DNA of 63,092 bases, the filler included, from Ministeria vibrans ATCC 50519 (Eukaryota > Protista > Filasterea): assembly GCA_943704425.1 (NCBI GenBank). It is 5 parts of 5 records of this genome, joined end to end, with 100 filler letters (N's around TTAATTAATTAA, not from the genome) between each part and the next. Parts side by side here need not be neighbours in the genome. Positions count along the whole stretch, not along the records: positions 1 to 30,362 come from CALSCP010000110.1; 4 more parts are not named here. One strand, given 5' to 3'. Under the pieces are notes generated by a model, which was not told where the DNA came from, ran no database searches, and saw only the letters and a program-made list of their open reading frames with translations. A program made the position numbers and the translations under genes. Below are positions 1-21,657 of the stretch, in pieces; the stretch's first letter is position 1; every line of letters begins with the position of its first letter.

Positions 1-96
<96 letters not shown>

Positions 97-105
97 CTCT
101 CTCTC
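1..105. repeat. (CT)n microsatellite, in an intron of the ENTPD gene
   Basis: Near-pure CT dinucleotide run. Confidence 0.95.
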
Positions 106-171
106 ATTGCCACTCTTTTAGGCATACGCCCGTTGCAACGGCAAGACTGGAGTAGGGTGAGGGTCTCTTAC

Positions 172-589
172 GTGGACAGGATCGGCCGCGTGCGACGACA
201 AGCCAGGTTCAAGCTGCTCAAAAAGTTCTGTCTCCAACACCAGCGAGCCTACACGAAATACAACGCCTCTTTTAGGCGCGCTGTTGGACTAATCAGATCC
301 ATCGATCTACCTTCGGCCTCTCGGAAGCGGTAAGCATGAATTCGAGAGCCTGTTGAGCCTAAAAACAAGGAGAGTTTTTGGGGCTTGAGCGTCGCACTGA
401 AACGTCAATCTGCTCCAACCAAGAGAGAAGTTTCCCAATTGAAACCTTACCAGCATCAATAACAAGACCGTAGACTTTCTCTTGCGACGCAGAAGGCGAC
501 GAGAACATGAGCCACATCAGTGTTACGACGATCACGCTGCCGATCAGCACTGGACGTGCCAGATCGCTTCTGCTTGACCCACGACGCAT
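172..589 (-). CDS. GDA1/CD39-family nucleoside phosphatase (ENTPD5/6-like apyrase), 5' part; gene continues past the window start
   Basis: Exons 589-451, 358-311 and ~249-172 join to give an N-terminal TM followed by YGLVIDAGSTGSRIHAYRF (apyrase conserved region 1) and ELFEQLEPGLSS. Confidence 0.85.
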
Positions 590-759
590 AATGGGGATGT
601 TTCTGGTCTCTGGCTTGATGATGGTCCCTGAGACTGCAAGAAAATGAGTGAGACCTGTGAGAGTGAGAGACTGAGAGTGAAAGTGAAAGTGTTAGACTGT
701 AACCACTGTTTGAATATTTTACTATTATCTTTAAAAATAAGTATTAACACACATTCGAC

Positions 760-2052
760 ATGGAGTACATTGTGACGCTGAGGACGGAACTGAACAAGGT
801 GCGCTGGAGAGACGGCGGGGGGATGTCTGTTTCTCACTTCTCTCTTCTCTCTCTTCTCTCTCTCGTGATCCTCTGTAGATTCCCATTATGGTTCAGGCCG
901 AAAAGAAAACCGGCGCACCCAAGGAGTACCTTGCTATCGGTAGGAGAGCGCTTCAGTCGAAAGCTAATTTTCGAGGAAAAAAAAAATTTTTTTTCTCGCG
1001 TGTCATTACCATTTTGCCACAAACAAAACGCCACAGATACCGTTGCGAACGACACCTTTGCTGTGGCTTCGAGACTACGGTTGTGGTTATTCTCTCGTTG
1101 TGGGAAAGAATGGGCCAACGTGCGTGGCACAGTCGCGCTGTGTCGTCATTGTGCGCTTTGGAGCACTTCTTCGCTCTCGTCTCGCTCTCTCTCTCAAACT
1201 CTCTCTCTCTCTCGCTCGCTCGCTCGCACTGCGCCTTCGCGTCTCGCCTGTGTCCCTGCGGCAGCAACTGCTTCACCGCACTCCGTCCCCCTCCACCTCC
1301 ACCCACCTTCCTCACCCATTTTAATGTCTACTGTGGTTTTTTTTTTTTTTGGCTGATAGGTCTTGCGGCAATTCTGTTCCTCTTTCTCGGTCTTGGCTGG
1401 TTTGCCAGTCTCCTCTGCAACCTTGTGGGTGTCGTGTACCCCGCGTACAAGTCGTAAGTCGCGCACACGTGCTTAAACACACAAAGCACACAAACTAAGC
1501 ACTCACACTTGGTCACTATACTCACTCACTTACTCACACACTCACACACCCACACACTTACTCACACTTAGTCACTCACTCATACTTAGTCACTTTACTC
1601 ACTCACTTACTCACACACTCACACACGTACTCACACTTAGTCACTCACTCACTCACACACTTACTCACACTCGCACATACACACACACACACACACACTC
1701 TGTGTATTCATTCATACTATTGCATTGCATTTTCAGATTCAAGGCAATTGAGTCGTCGCGCACCGACGACGACACACAGTGGCTCACGTACTGGGTCGTG
1801 TTTGGCACCTTCTCGACCATCGACTACTTTGCCGACTTCATCCTGAGCTGGTTCCCCTTCTACTTCCTTGTCAAGACGGGCCTCTTCCTCTACCTCATGC
1901 TGCCCCAGTTCAACGGCGCCACCACCATCTACAAGTCGCTCGTGCGCCCTTTCCTTGTCAAGCACGAGGAGCGCATTGACGCCACCATCGACGCCACCAA
2001 GGCCAAGATTGCCGAAGCCGTCACCGACTCTTCAAAGTCGCATGCCGAGTAG
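760..2052 (+). CDS. REEP5: REEP5/DP1/Yop1 (TB2/HVA22) ER-shaping protein, 4 exons
   Basis: Exons ~760-798, 879-939, 1360-1453, 1737-2052; LCNLVGVVYPAYKSFKAIES..DDDTQWLTYWVVF..WFPFY. Confidence 0.9.
1490..1700. repeat. Degenerate (ACTC/AC)n intronic repeat
   Basis: cactcacacacttactcacac units; a similar tract lies at 5735-5845. Confidence 0.8.
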
Positions 2053-2289
2053 TTGTAGTAAGGAGGAGTAAAAGTTAGAAGTAATACACACATTTTGATT
2101 TTGTTTCTTAACAACTGCTATCTTGTTTCAAACAATTAGCTAGTCTCTTGTGAAAGTGCATGTGTGTTATTTTTGTAGTTTTTTGTTTGTCTTTCATTCT
2201 ACATAGGAAAAGGACGGGAGAAGGGGGTATAAAAAGAGAGCGCGCGCGCGTAGTATTGTGTGTGTGAGTGTGTCAGTGTGTGTCCGCGC

Positions 2290-2993
2290 TCAGTACTCGT
2301 TGCTGTAGCCACCGCTGCCGTAGTCCTCACCGCCACGGCCACCACCACCACCACGGCCGCCTCCATAGCCGCCACCATAGCCGCCGCCACCGCCACCGCC
2401 ACCACGGCCGCCACCGTAGCCACCACGGCCGCCACCGTAGCCGCCGCGACCACCGCCGCCGCCACCGCCGTAGCCGCCGCGACCACCACCGCCATAGCCA
2501 CCACCACCACCACCACGACGGAATCCACTGCCGCCGTCCGAGGTGAACTCAGTGCGCGGGCGAGCCACATCCACAAAGATGGTCTCCTCCTCAAACTGCG
2601 TGTTGTTGAGCTCCTCAATGAGCGTCCTCGCCTCCGCATCGTCCGTCATGTCGACATACGCATACCCAAACACACACCCGCCGTTCGACGCAGGCACCGT
2701 GATCGACGTCACCGATGCGTACTTGCTCAACAGCTACGTTTTCACCATTACAAGTCAGTCCCACTGTTCCCTTTCTTTTTTTTGGTGTGTGTATGTATGT
2801 GTGTATGTGTGTATGTGTATGTGTATGTATGCGTATGTGTGTGTATGTCTATGCATGTGTATGTGTGTGTATGTGTGTGTGCGTATGTCTATGCATGCAT
2901 GTGTGTGTGTGTGTATGTGTATGTATGTGTGTATGTGTATGTGTGTGTGTATGTATGTGTGTATGCATGCGTATGTGTGCGTATGTCTATGCA

Positions 2994-3068
<75 letters not shown>

Positions 3069-3164
3069 NNNNNNNNNNNNNNNNNNNNNNNNNNNNNNNN
3101 NNNNNNNNNNNNNNNNNNNNNNNNNNNNNNNNNNNNNNNNNNNNNNNNNNNNNNNNNNNNNNNN

Positions 3165-3247
<83 letters not shown>

Positions 3248-4097
3248 GTTCCGTACGTCGCCGAGCTTGGCCTCCACTTTCTCTCTGCCGTTCTCCACGA
3301 ACTGCGCCACAAACATGTCGGTGGAGGGCGTGCCAGGGAGACGCTTGTTCTCCGCCGCGTTGACCTTGAGCGTGGTGCCGTCGGGGCTCTGAAACTGCTC
3401 CATGGCCTAAACACGCACACACGCACACATAGATTGTTAGAATTGTTAGAGAGAGAGACACTCACACAATCATAATCATTATGATAATGCAAAATTGAAG
3501 AAAAAAATTATAAAGAGGAAAAACTTACTGCGATCGCACGCGTCAGCTGGTCGTTGTCAGAGAAGCGGAAAAAGGCTGCATGAAAGAGATGGAGGAATAG
3601 TAGTTTGAATATATCGAATCAGATTGAAAAAAATTTCCTCTCACTTCTCACTCTCTCTCTCTCTGTCTTCTCCGCTCACTCTCTCTTGCTCCATACCAAA
3701 TCCACGGGGAGGGCCCATCTCTCCCTTGCGGGGAGTGTTGACAAAGGTGACTTCGATGCCCTGCTGAGCGAGGTGCTACGGAAAGGATGCGCGTGAGGAG
3801 AGGGGCGAGAAGGGAAGTGCTGATCAAAAAACCGGTCGGGTCGTCGTACGTCTTTCGCGGCGTCCAGGACAGCGTTCCAGCGGGGCCAGTCAGCGGTGGT
3901 GTTGCGACCAAACTTGAGGAAGAGATTGGTCGCCATGGCGGCCGCTCTGGAGAGGAGACGAGACGGAACACACGAGGTCGTTTTTAAACGAGGAAAAAAA
4001 AGGCCCTTTCGACGTGTGTTGGCTCTTACGATGTGTGGAGAGCGGCACTCGAGGCCAGACTCATCGACTTGACTGCGTTAGTAACGTTGCGGAGCAT
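2290..4097 (-). CDS. Two-RRM RNA-binding protein with Gly/RGG-rich tail and predicted mitochondrial presequence
   Basis: Six exons. RRM1 NLFLKF...PRGFAFFRF; RRM2 DMFVAQF...FGYAYVDM; GGRGGYGG tail. An upstream exon (4097-~4030) encodes MLRNVTNAVKSMSLASSAALHTS and splices in frame to AAAMATN. Confidence 0.8.
2785..3246. repeat. Compound (GT)/(GTAT)/(AT) microsatellite with an internal N gap (3069-3164)
   Basis: Seen directly; lies in an intron of the RRM gene. Confidence 0.9.
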
Positions 4098-4383
4098 GTT
4101 GTCAAAATATTAAAATTTTATGGATATAATTATTTGAGAGATTTAGATTTTGCGAATATCTCGAGCATCTCCACCGTCTCTCTCGAACCGCATTTGGTTG
4201 ATCAGAAGAGTAGGGCAGTAGGAAAGCTAATTGGCCGATATGATCCGATTACTCGCTCATTCGCTCGATGCTCATAAGACTTTCATCAATAAATGATTTG
4301 AATTGGGTAGAGAGCCCATTGTGTTTCGTTTGTATTCAGTGGAATTGGAAAAGAGAAGAGAAGAAAGAAAACAAAAAAACGCG

Positions 4384-12469
<8,086 letters not shown>

Positions 12470-12605
12470 TGTAACAAAAAAAAAATGAAATATGAATCAA
12501 TTTTCGGCTTTCGCTCAATTCAATCAAAGATCAAGAGTTTTAAAAAAGACCAAACTTTTTGCTTTTAATCTATCGTGCTCTCAACGTCTGTTCGTATAGC
12601 GCACA

Positions 12606-15142
12606 ATGACGTCTTTCTCGATCGTCGGCGACAAGTCGATGGCCGGCATCACCGACGCAGTGTGGTGTGAGACAATGGATTTGGCGGCCGGTACCGTCTC
12701 TGATCACCCCAGACTGTTCACCGGCTCATTCTGTACTCTCCCTGTGTGTATGTGTGTGTGTGTATGTGTGTGTTCCTTTGCAGTGATGTGCGGCCGGAGT
12801 GTCTCGCTCCACCGACTCAACTGGGACATGTTATGGCGTCGCACACACTCGTCGCCCGTGACCGCCCTTGCCTGGCGCCCCGACGGCGACACCCTTGCCG
12901 TTGCCGACTCTGCCGGATCTGTCGTTCTCTACGCAACCGAAATGGCTAAGGTATTGTCTCTCTCTGACAGTCGAATGGTTTCAAAAAAAAAATTAAAAAC
13001 CGTTTTGTCGCGCGTCTGTTTCAGATTGTCGCGCGTCTTCGTTTCGCTGCGCCTGTGTCGTTTCTCCGGTGGCAAACACTGCCTCATTCATCAATATCTA
13101 GTCGGCGACCTTATGCGGGTTGGATGGACCCGTCACACCAGTCGAGCGAGGCGTTTGTCGATGGCGACGCAGAAGAGGACGAAGAGGCAGACGACGAGAC
13201 GAACAGGATGGATGCGCATGTCGAGGACGACGACGACCTCTCTGCCGACTCCGACAGTGCCAGCAGCTCTCCAGAGAGTCTTCCATTTAGTCGCGTAGAT
13301 GCGAATCCACGCACACTGCTCACGTCCCGACGCAACGACATGCGCTCGACACTTACCGTACTCCTCGTCGGTCTCGCTAGTGGCCACACTCACCTGCTCA
13401 TTGGCGGTACGCTGGCTTTTGGCGCCTGGTCACCACTGGCAACACCAGGTGATAGTGGTGTGACATCGGGGGATGTTGCCAGCGCCCTCGTTGACGATGT
13501 TGCGCGGCGACTTGTGGTAGTGCAATGCCAACGAGTGCACAGTGTCTCCATTGGCGCACTGATGCATGACCGAGCGGGTGAATTGCGTGAAGCGTGGATG
13601 CGATGCACGTCTGTGTCGGGCTTGTTGAATTCATTGTCACATGCCGCGACTGAAATGAGCGATGCGTGGGAGAAGAGCATTGTTGATTTTGACGCGCGTA
13701 TGTCGCGTTTTTCCGCCGAGATTCGCGAGCTAGGACGCACCGTACACCAAGATATGCTGCAAATGCTGACCTGTGGACAGGTGAGTTCCGAGCTTGAGAC
13801 GTTTCTTGTGAGCGACCTCAACGAAGCGGGTCTCAAGCGACTCGGAACGGCGCTCGACGCGTCCTACACACGTCTTGTGGGCGTAGGCAACAATGCCATA
13901 CGCATTGCGCAGCTGCTGGTACTCCGTCTTGGCGAGCTCGTTGCCTTCGCACGTTGCAAACGACGATATGCGCTCTTGGGCCTCAACGAACAGGCGTGCC
14001 AGGCAACAGTGGACCTCGCTGCTGCGTTTGTGCTCAAGTGCATTGACTTGCTGCGTATTCTACAACGTGTGCGCACTGGCTTGCGTGAGTTTCTTTTTTG
14101 GCTACGCATTTGGATGCACAAACTTGCCGACGAAGCAGTGCCTGCCTCGCTTAAAGACCATCAGATTAACACGGATGTAATTGTTGAGTTTCTGCGCTCC
14201 AACGTCGCGTGGGACGACGACCATGCCGCTGCCTCCACCGGTACTTCCACGACACGACGTTCCGACACCCAACGTGCCAGTGCCTTCTTTGCGCGCCAAG
14301 ACATGCCTCCTCTACGTGTTACTGCAACTGAGAAAACGTACAGCACCAGCAGTAGCAGCAGCAACAGTGAACCCTACAAATCGTATGTGGTGTCCGAGCG
14401 CGCGTCACTCATGCAGCTGCTCGATCAACTGATTGCGGCACACTCGGCCACGCTCAACGAGATGCACGCTGCAGGATCGCGGGCACTCAACAACACCACG
14501 CGCAACGACGATCTGATCTCCCGTGCACTGCCGCCTTCGAGTCGTCGCGTCCACATGATTGAAGCATCCAACAGTAGCAGCAGTGACGGTGGTGATGGTG
14601 GTGGTGGCTGTAGCCTGCTGCTCAACGTTGTTCGCAACGGCACGTCCGCGTCCATAACACGCATATACCCCACAGGTGCACCCACTCCCCACGAGACAAC
14701 AATCATCACCTGCACACCCGATACAAGCGAACGCATCCGCAACGCTCAGCTCTACGACAGCGACACTGTTGCACTCCTTCTCGGCAAGAACATCGCTCCC
14801 ACACCCTCTGCTCCAGTCGCATCCGCCCAAACCGACCTTGCTCTTGTGCCTCTCGACAGTGCTTTTGAACACTCCTCGTCTGTCTGGTCTGATCTCTCCG
14901 ATCGCCACCGCTCCTTTCCCGTAAGCCCCCAACCGCTGAACATGCACAATCAGACTAATCTTTCAATGATTGTCGTATATGTCACGACTATGTAGAAGGT
15001 ACGAGCGGACACTGTGGCTCTGTCGGGCGCGCGCCAGGTAGGTCTGGTTGCAACGAAGCGACGAGTGCATTTGGTGGATTTGGGCGCAGACGAAGACGAC
15101 GATGATGACGATGAGGAGGAAGAAGAAGACGATGAAGAGTAG
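12606..15142 (+). CDS. ANAPC4: Anaphase-promoting complex subunit 4
   Basis: WCETMDLAA..SLHRLNW..VTALAWRPDG WD40 start, long helical domain (EFLFWL), acidic C-terminal tail ending TAG at 15142. Confidence 0.85.
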
Positions 15143-15193
15143 AAAATGAAACGAACATAGTACTTGTACAAAAAAAACCCCCCTGTGCGCTTG

Positions 15194-17873
15194 TCAGGGC
15201 TGCGACTGCTCCTCTGGCGCATCTGCTTCTTCTTCTTCTTCTTCTTCCTGGGACGCCAGACCATGAGGGACATTCTCGTAGTACTGGGCGACGACCATGG
15301 CGCGTTTGAGAGAGCGTTGCTTGTGAGAGTAGGCAAACCAAGTGATGGCAAGAAGCACAATGATGAGGCCGATGCACATGCCGGCAAGCGCACTGGCCGA
15401 CGCCGCATTGCGTGTGTTCCATGGGCTGTCCGGCGTCATGTGTGATACGGCGGCCCCCACGTACGATGCCGTCACTCCCACTTGCTGCTGCGCCTCCTGT
15501 GCGTTTTCTTCAACGATGGCGTCCCAGATGCCCGGAAAAACCGCCGGAGAGTAACCTGGTAAAAACATCAATTATTGTATTCATCAATGTTTGCTTTCCT
15601 AAAATGTTGCACATGTTTAGTATGGTACCGGAGTAGCGACCGGGCGCTTGAATAACACTCTTCCAGTATTTTCGGTTGGGCAGACCAGCCGGGTTGAGAA
15701 AGCGGCGTTCGGTGAAGGCAAGTCGGTCGTTGAGGGTGACAAGGGCAGACGTGGATGGGGCGGTGTCGGGGGACGCGGTGAGACGGGCGTCGTTGGCGAG
15801 CGACATGAGAGATGAGGCGGAGGTGCGGAACGACGCAAGCGCCGAGTCGAGTTCAGTGTAGTCGAGGGAGATGCCGTGTTGGGTGGCGAGCGTGGCGATG
15901 CTGTTGCGGTGCTCGTCAAGCTTGTCAGCGGCTGTGAGCATGTCGAGGGGCACAACAGCATCCGATGCACAGCGCATAGCCATCAGGGCCATGGTCTGTG
16001 CAGCAGCAACATGCGCAGCAAAGGTCGGATCGCCCTGCGTCTCAACCCACGTGTACGAGTCAAAGGTCGAGTGGTAGACGCCATAGTCACCCAGAAAGCC
16101 AAAGTCAAGGGAAGGAATGCCAAGATAGTCCAGGAACACAGTGTAGTCACTGCCACTGCCCAGCGTGTCTACTGTCCCGCTCCACTCCTCGCTGACCATT
16201 TTCGACGGATCACGAGGCGAAGGAACCTGGAGAGGCAGGAGGGGGAGAGAGGAGGCAAACAAACAAAGTGAGAGAGAAACAAACAAAGTGAGAGAGAGAG
16301 AATGAGCCGAATAAATAAAAGTATAAAAAAATAACTAATAATAATAATCACGTACGTAATGAGAGACATTGCGAATGAGAGCGGAGAGAGAACCGGACGC
16401 AGCAACAGAAAGGTCAAGACCCGTCACGCCAATGTCGACGTTGAGGTAGACCAAGGCCGTCTTGTTGAGCACTTCTGCATTGTTTTCTAAATTGAAGATT
16501 CATTTGTCAAGTAAGAGTTCTTCCGTTGTGTCTTCTTTGAACCTCCATAGGCAGTGCTTCCAAGCAGACCGTACTCCTCGCCATCCCAGTTGCAGAGTTG
16601 CAGGGTGCGTGCTGGACGCCATCCCTGGACGTACGCTGCGGAAAGGGCGTGTGCCGTCTCGAGAAGCACGGTGGTGCCACTGTTGGGATCGGTGGCACCA
16701 AAAACCCAAGCGTCGCGATGGTTTCCAACGAGCACACGGCGGTCGGCGGCGTAGGGGAGGGAGCCAGGGATGGTCGCAATGATGTTCCAAATAGGACTCA
16801 CGGCAAATGTGTTGTTGGTGTAAACGCGCACGGTGGCTGTGGATGGTCCTGCGTTGTACGAGGCTGAGGCAACGGCGCCTTGGAAGCCGGCAGCAGGGGG
16901 CATGACAGTGGTGTCGGCGAGTGCATTGAGAAGGGGTGTGGCGTCGTGGGCACTAATAGGCAGCACGGGGATCTTAGGCATGGTATCGGCCTCGGCAAAG
17001 CCACAGACGGATTCAGCTCGCCCGCCTGACGGAGATCCGGGACACAGCGAGAGGTACTGAACGCTGCCACGCTGGACACTGGTGGCGGGACGCCAAGGGC
17101 CGTTTGGGTAGACGGGTCCGCGCGCTGCACCATCGTCGGCCGGGTCACTGTAGATGATCACGCCGATGGCCCCGCGCGACTCGGCATTCATGACTTTGAG
17201 GCCACGAAAGCACTTTCCGTAGCGCACTAGCACAACACGACCTGCGACAGAGACGCCAGCGGCCGCAAGGGCATCAAAGTCGGCTGGAAGGCCGTAGTTG
17301 GCGTAAACGTACGTTGCGTCAGCGACACCCGACGGTCCATAGCCGTTGAAGGTGCGGTTGCGCCAGACGGTGTCTGAGGTGGGATCCGAATCAACGATGG
17401 CCTCGGCAAGAGCAAGGCGCTCCGTCGTTCCATTCGCGAGAGTGAGAGTGACTGATCGTTCGACGGGATAACTCAAAAGCACATTCACTTCGTTGATGGC
17501 CACCTATACGGATTACAGGTATGGGGGACAAAAAAAGGATGGTTAGAGCGAGTGAGGGGGCACGCACAGCGATGGAGGGTCTACCTGGGCGCTGGGAATG
17601 GCAGAGAGGGCTGACAGGAGCTGTTGCTGGACGTAAAGAGCCGTCTCACGATCCTCAGCAGTGCCTGCCATGTGCGCCTTGGCCGTGAGATGTTTGAGTG
17701 TTGCTGCCGCACGTGTAGCCGACGGTGCCGCAAGAATATCGGCCTCGTAGCTCGCTTTGAGAGACGAGATGCAAAAAAAAAAAAAATCATTATGGTTTTC
17801 GTTTTGGTGCAAACGTCATACCAAATGCAACACCCATGCACAAAGTCAACACGAGCTGCCCTAATGAAGGCAT
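15194..17873 (-). CDS. Peptidase M28 glutamate carboxypeptidase II/NAALADase-like (PA + M28 + TFR-dimer domains) with signal peptide and C-terminal TM
   Basis: PA domain (RYGKCFRGLKV; YSDPADDG; VQRGSV). Zn-ligand motifs GNHRDAW, GATDPNSG, WDGEEYG, YLNVD, YHSTFD. TFR-dimer-like NDRLAFTERRFL. Confidence 0.92.
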
Positions 17874-18030
17874 GATGGTTGCTGTTTTCAAAGAATGGCT
17901 GAGCTGTAAGGAAGAAATTTGTTCAATGAATAAAAATGATCGATTAGAATCATTCGTTGTAATCCGAATTCCGAAGTTAATCCTTGATAGGCTTTTTTTT
18001 GTTTTTATTAGTACAGTCCTGTTCAAATAA

Positions 18031-18251
18031 ATGATCAGTCGACGGCCGTTGCGTGTGACAGTGCATCGCGCACAGAATTTGGCGAAGAAGGATATTTTTG
18101 GCAAATCTGATCCGTATGTGAAAGTGTACACGAACGTGGCGTCACAGCAGCAGCAGCAGCAGCAGTCCAAAGTGAAGAAGAACACGTAGGAAGGACAAGT
18201 GGCCTACCAGTCGAATATTGTTTGAAACCCCTTTTTTTGTTTTTCTATTTC

Positions 18252-18300
<49 letters not shown>

Positions 18301-19559
18301 TCGTTGTTGTGCATGTGAAGTCTATCGCCGGTGTGGGAAGAGGAGTTCATTGTTGAGCTGGGCACGACGGAGAGTGTTGTCGTGGATGTCTACGACTTCA
18401 ATCGAGTGACCAAAGATGATTTTTTGGGCACCGTATCGATTGCGGCGGCGCAAATTGCGTCTCAGCGGATCTCTCATGAAACACTCTCACTGCGCACTCG
18501 CCCCAACCCGAACGGCCACTGCCCGCGCGTCATTGGCACCATCACCGTATCCTACAGCTGGATTGACTCCAGTTCGGCGGGCGCAGGGGCAAGTGGTACG
18601 CAGACGATGAATTGTCTCCTGTTTGACAGTGCACTTGCCCATTTGTAGCTGACACAATGCCGCGAGAAGACTCAGTCATCCCGGATGGGTGGGACGCGGC
18701 GACGGACACCTCTGGACGAACATACTATATTAACATGGCAACGCGCGAAACGACATGGACGCGTCCTGTTGCGCAAGCACCCACCTCACGCCGTGTGAGT
18801 GGCCCCGACGCTGCACGCGCCCTCTTCATGAACCGCCACCAGGCTTCCTTTGAGCGGATATCCGAAGAACTTCGCAGCAGCCTGGTCTCCAGCGACACAA
18901 GCAGCACCACCACGACAACCGCCACGACGACGACCACGACGAACTTCTCTCAAATTCCCATTCCCGACGAGAGCCGTCTGGGCCCACTCCCCAGCAACTG
19001 GGAAGTCCGCATCCACCCAAACGGCCGTCACTTCTTCATCGACCACAACACGTAAGATAACAGGGAGTGAGAGGACAAGAGAGACAGAGAAAGTGACGCA
19101 CTGTGCGTAGCCGAGCGACCACCTGGACAGACCCGCGCGTCGTCGCTCCCGTCCCTCCCGCGCCCACACCTGCTGCTGTCCCTGCTCCCTCACACCCACC
19201 TGCCCAGCCCTTACCTGACGGCTGGGAAGAGCGCGTCATGCCCGATGGTCGTCACTACTTTGTAAACAAACTCATGAGTCATTTGAGAAAAGTGCACTCA
19301 ACCTTACACTATTAAACATTATGTAGGTTGACCACCGCACTCGCTCAACACAATGGGAAGACCCGCGCCTGACTACCGCCACCACCACGACCACCGCTGC
19401 CGCGGAGTACGACCGCAACTACAATCGTAAGGTTCAGACCTTCCGCTCTCGTCTCACAAAATCACCCGGAAAAATCGATTTGCAAATCAGAAGAGATAAC
19501 ATTTTTGAAGGTAAATTATTAATAATAACAAAAGGAGCAGTAATAATAATAATAATAAC

Positions 19560-19617
<58 letters not shown>

Positions 19618-21533
19618 TAATAATAATTAAATTGAACTGTTTGTTTTATGGATCTCCATAATACCATAGACTCGTTTCGACAATTGCTCACAAAGAAAGG
19701 ATCAGATCTGCGCAAACGACTCAATATTGTGTTTGCGGGCGAGTCGGGTCTCGATTACGGTGGACTCTCCCGGTACTCAATCGTTCAGCTCCTTCCAATC
19801 ACTTTGTTTCTTAATTCCTTCTTTATCATTTTGTTTATTTTCCTTCCCTTCCTTTCTTTCTTTCTCTCTCTATCATTTTTGTTTTTCCTTTTTTTCTTCA
19901 CCCTGCTTTACTCACTTCTCTCTCTCTCGTGTAGCGAATACTTCTTCCTTCTCTCACATGAAATGTTCAACCTGTCCTACGGACTGTTTGAGTACAGCAG
20001 CGCAGACATCTACACACTGCAAATCAATCCTCACTCGGGCGTCAACCCCGACCATTTGGACTACTTTCGCTTCATTGGAAAAGTGATGGCCACTGCCGTC
20101 TTTCATAATCATCTCATTGACGGTACAAAGAAATGCAACGCAAAACGCGCCCTTTTTGTGACTCTCTCTCTCTTTATCACTTTGTTTCTTTCTTCTCTCT
20201 CTCTCTTTATCACTTTGTTTCTTTTTCTCTCTCTATCACTTTGTTTCTCTATCACTTTCTCTCTCTCTCTCTCTCTATCTATATATATATATATATATAT
20301 AATTATATGTATATACTCTCTCTACTCTCTCTCTCTCTATGACTTTGTTTCTTTCTCCCTCCTCTCTCAAACTTTTTCACACACGCACACACACCCACTC
20401 TCTCTCAAACTCTCAAACTCTTAAACTCTCAAACTCTCAAACTCTCACACACTCTTTCTATTTCTTGCTTCTTTCTCTATTTATGGGTTAAGGCTTTTTT
20501 GTGTCGTCGTTTTACAAACTGATGTTGGGCAAGACCCTGTCTCTGGCGGATTTGGAGGGAGTCGACGCAGAGTACCATCGCAATCTGTCGTACATCATTG
20601 ACAATGATCCAGAGCCGCTCTGTCTCACCATGAGCATTGTGAATGAGGCATTTGGGCAGACAGAGACGATTGATTTGGTGCCTAATGGTATATAAATCAT
20701 CCCACACACACACACAAACACTAAGCCACTGTAGACTTACTCTCTGTCTGCCTGTGTTTGTGATTTGGCTTAGGACGTGACATTGACGTTGTGGAGTCGA
20801 ACAAGTTGGAGTATGTGCGCCTGCTGTGCGACTGGCGGCTCAAGCGGGGCACTGACGAGCAGTTTAATGCCTTCAAAAAGGGCTTTTATGAAGTCATTCC
20901 GTTGCACCAGCTCAGAATCTTTGACGAGCGCGAATTAGAAGTGAGAAAGTCGCCTCATTCACTTGATTTTAGTGTGTGTGTGTATGTGTGTGTTAATTGA
21001 TTTTTTGCGTAGGTTTTAATTGGAGGACTGTCAGAGATTGACATAAACGACTGGAAGAGCAATACACAGTACAAATGTGGATACACTGCGCAATCGGAAC
21101 AGGTTGTGTGGTTCTTTAAGGTGCAAGATAGAGAGACACCCCCGAGAGACACATGCACTGAGTGCAAATTGTTTTATATATAGGCGGTTGAGTCGTTTGA
21201 CGATGAAATGCGTGGACGACTGTTGGCCTTTGTGACTGGCACTGCTCGAGTCCCAATGAACGGGTAAAGCAAAGAGAAAACAAACAAAAGCTACAAGTCG
21301 CTTTGTGAGCCCCTCTCTCACTCATACACTTCCTTAATTTTAGGTTCTCCCAACTGTATGGGAGTGACGGTCCACGCAAGTTCTGCATTGAGAAGTGGGG
21401 GCGACCGGATCAACTACCTCGGTCTCACACATGCTTCAACCGCATTGACCTGCCGCCATACACGTCATACCACTCCCTGCGCCGCAGCATCATCATTGCC
21501 TTGGAGAACACGGCCGGTTTCGCCAATGAATAA
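18031..21533 (+). CDS. NEDD4: NEDD4-family E3 ubiquitin ligase (C2 + 3 WW + HECT)
   Basis: C2 ([16 protein letters not shown]), three WW domains, HECT ([13 protein letters not shown]; [14 protein letters not shown] with catalytic Cys). Confidence 0.95.
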
Positions 21534-21657
21534 ACCCGTTTTGGAATAATAAGATTAAGCAACCAAGCATTAAGTTATTCTCTCTCTCTCTTCGTCTCTC
21601 TCTCTCTCTCCCTCTCCCTCTTTCTGAGTCTCTCGCTTTCTCTTTCTCTCTGGGACT

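Noticed and set aside
2260-3475. Long + strand ORFs rich in CV/YI/TH
   Set aside because: Translations of microsatellites and antisense of the Gly-rich exon.
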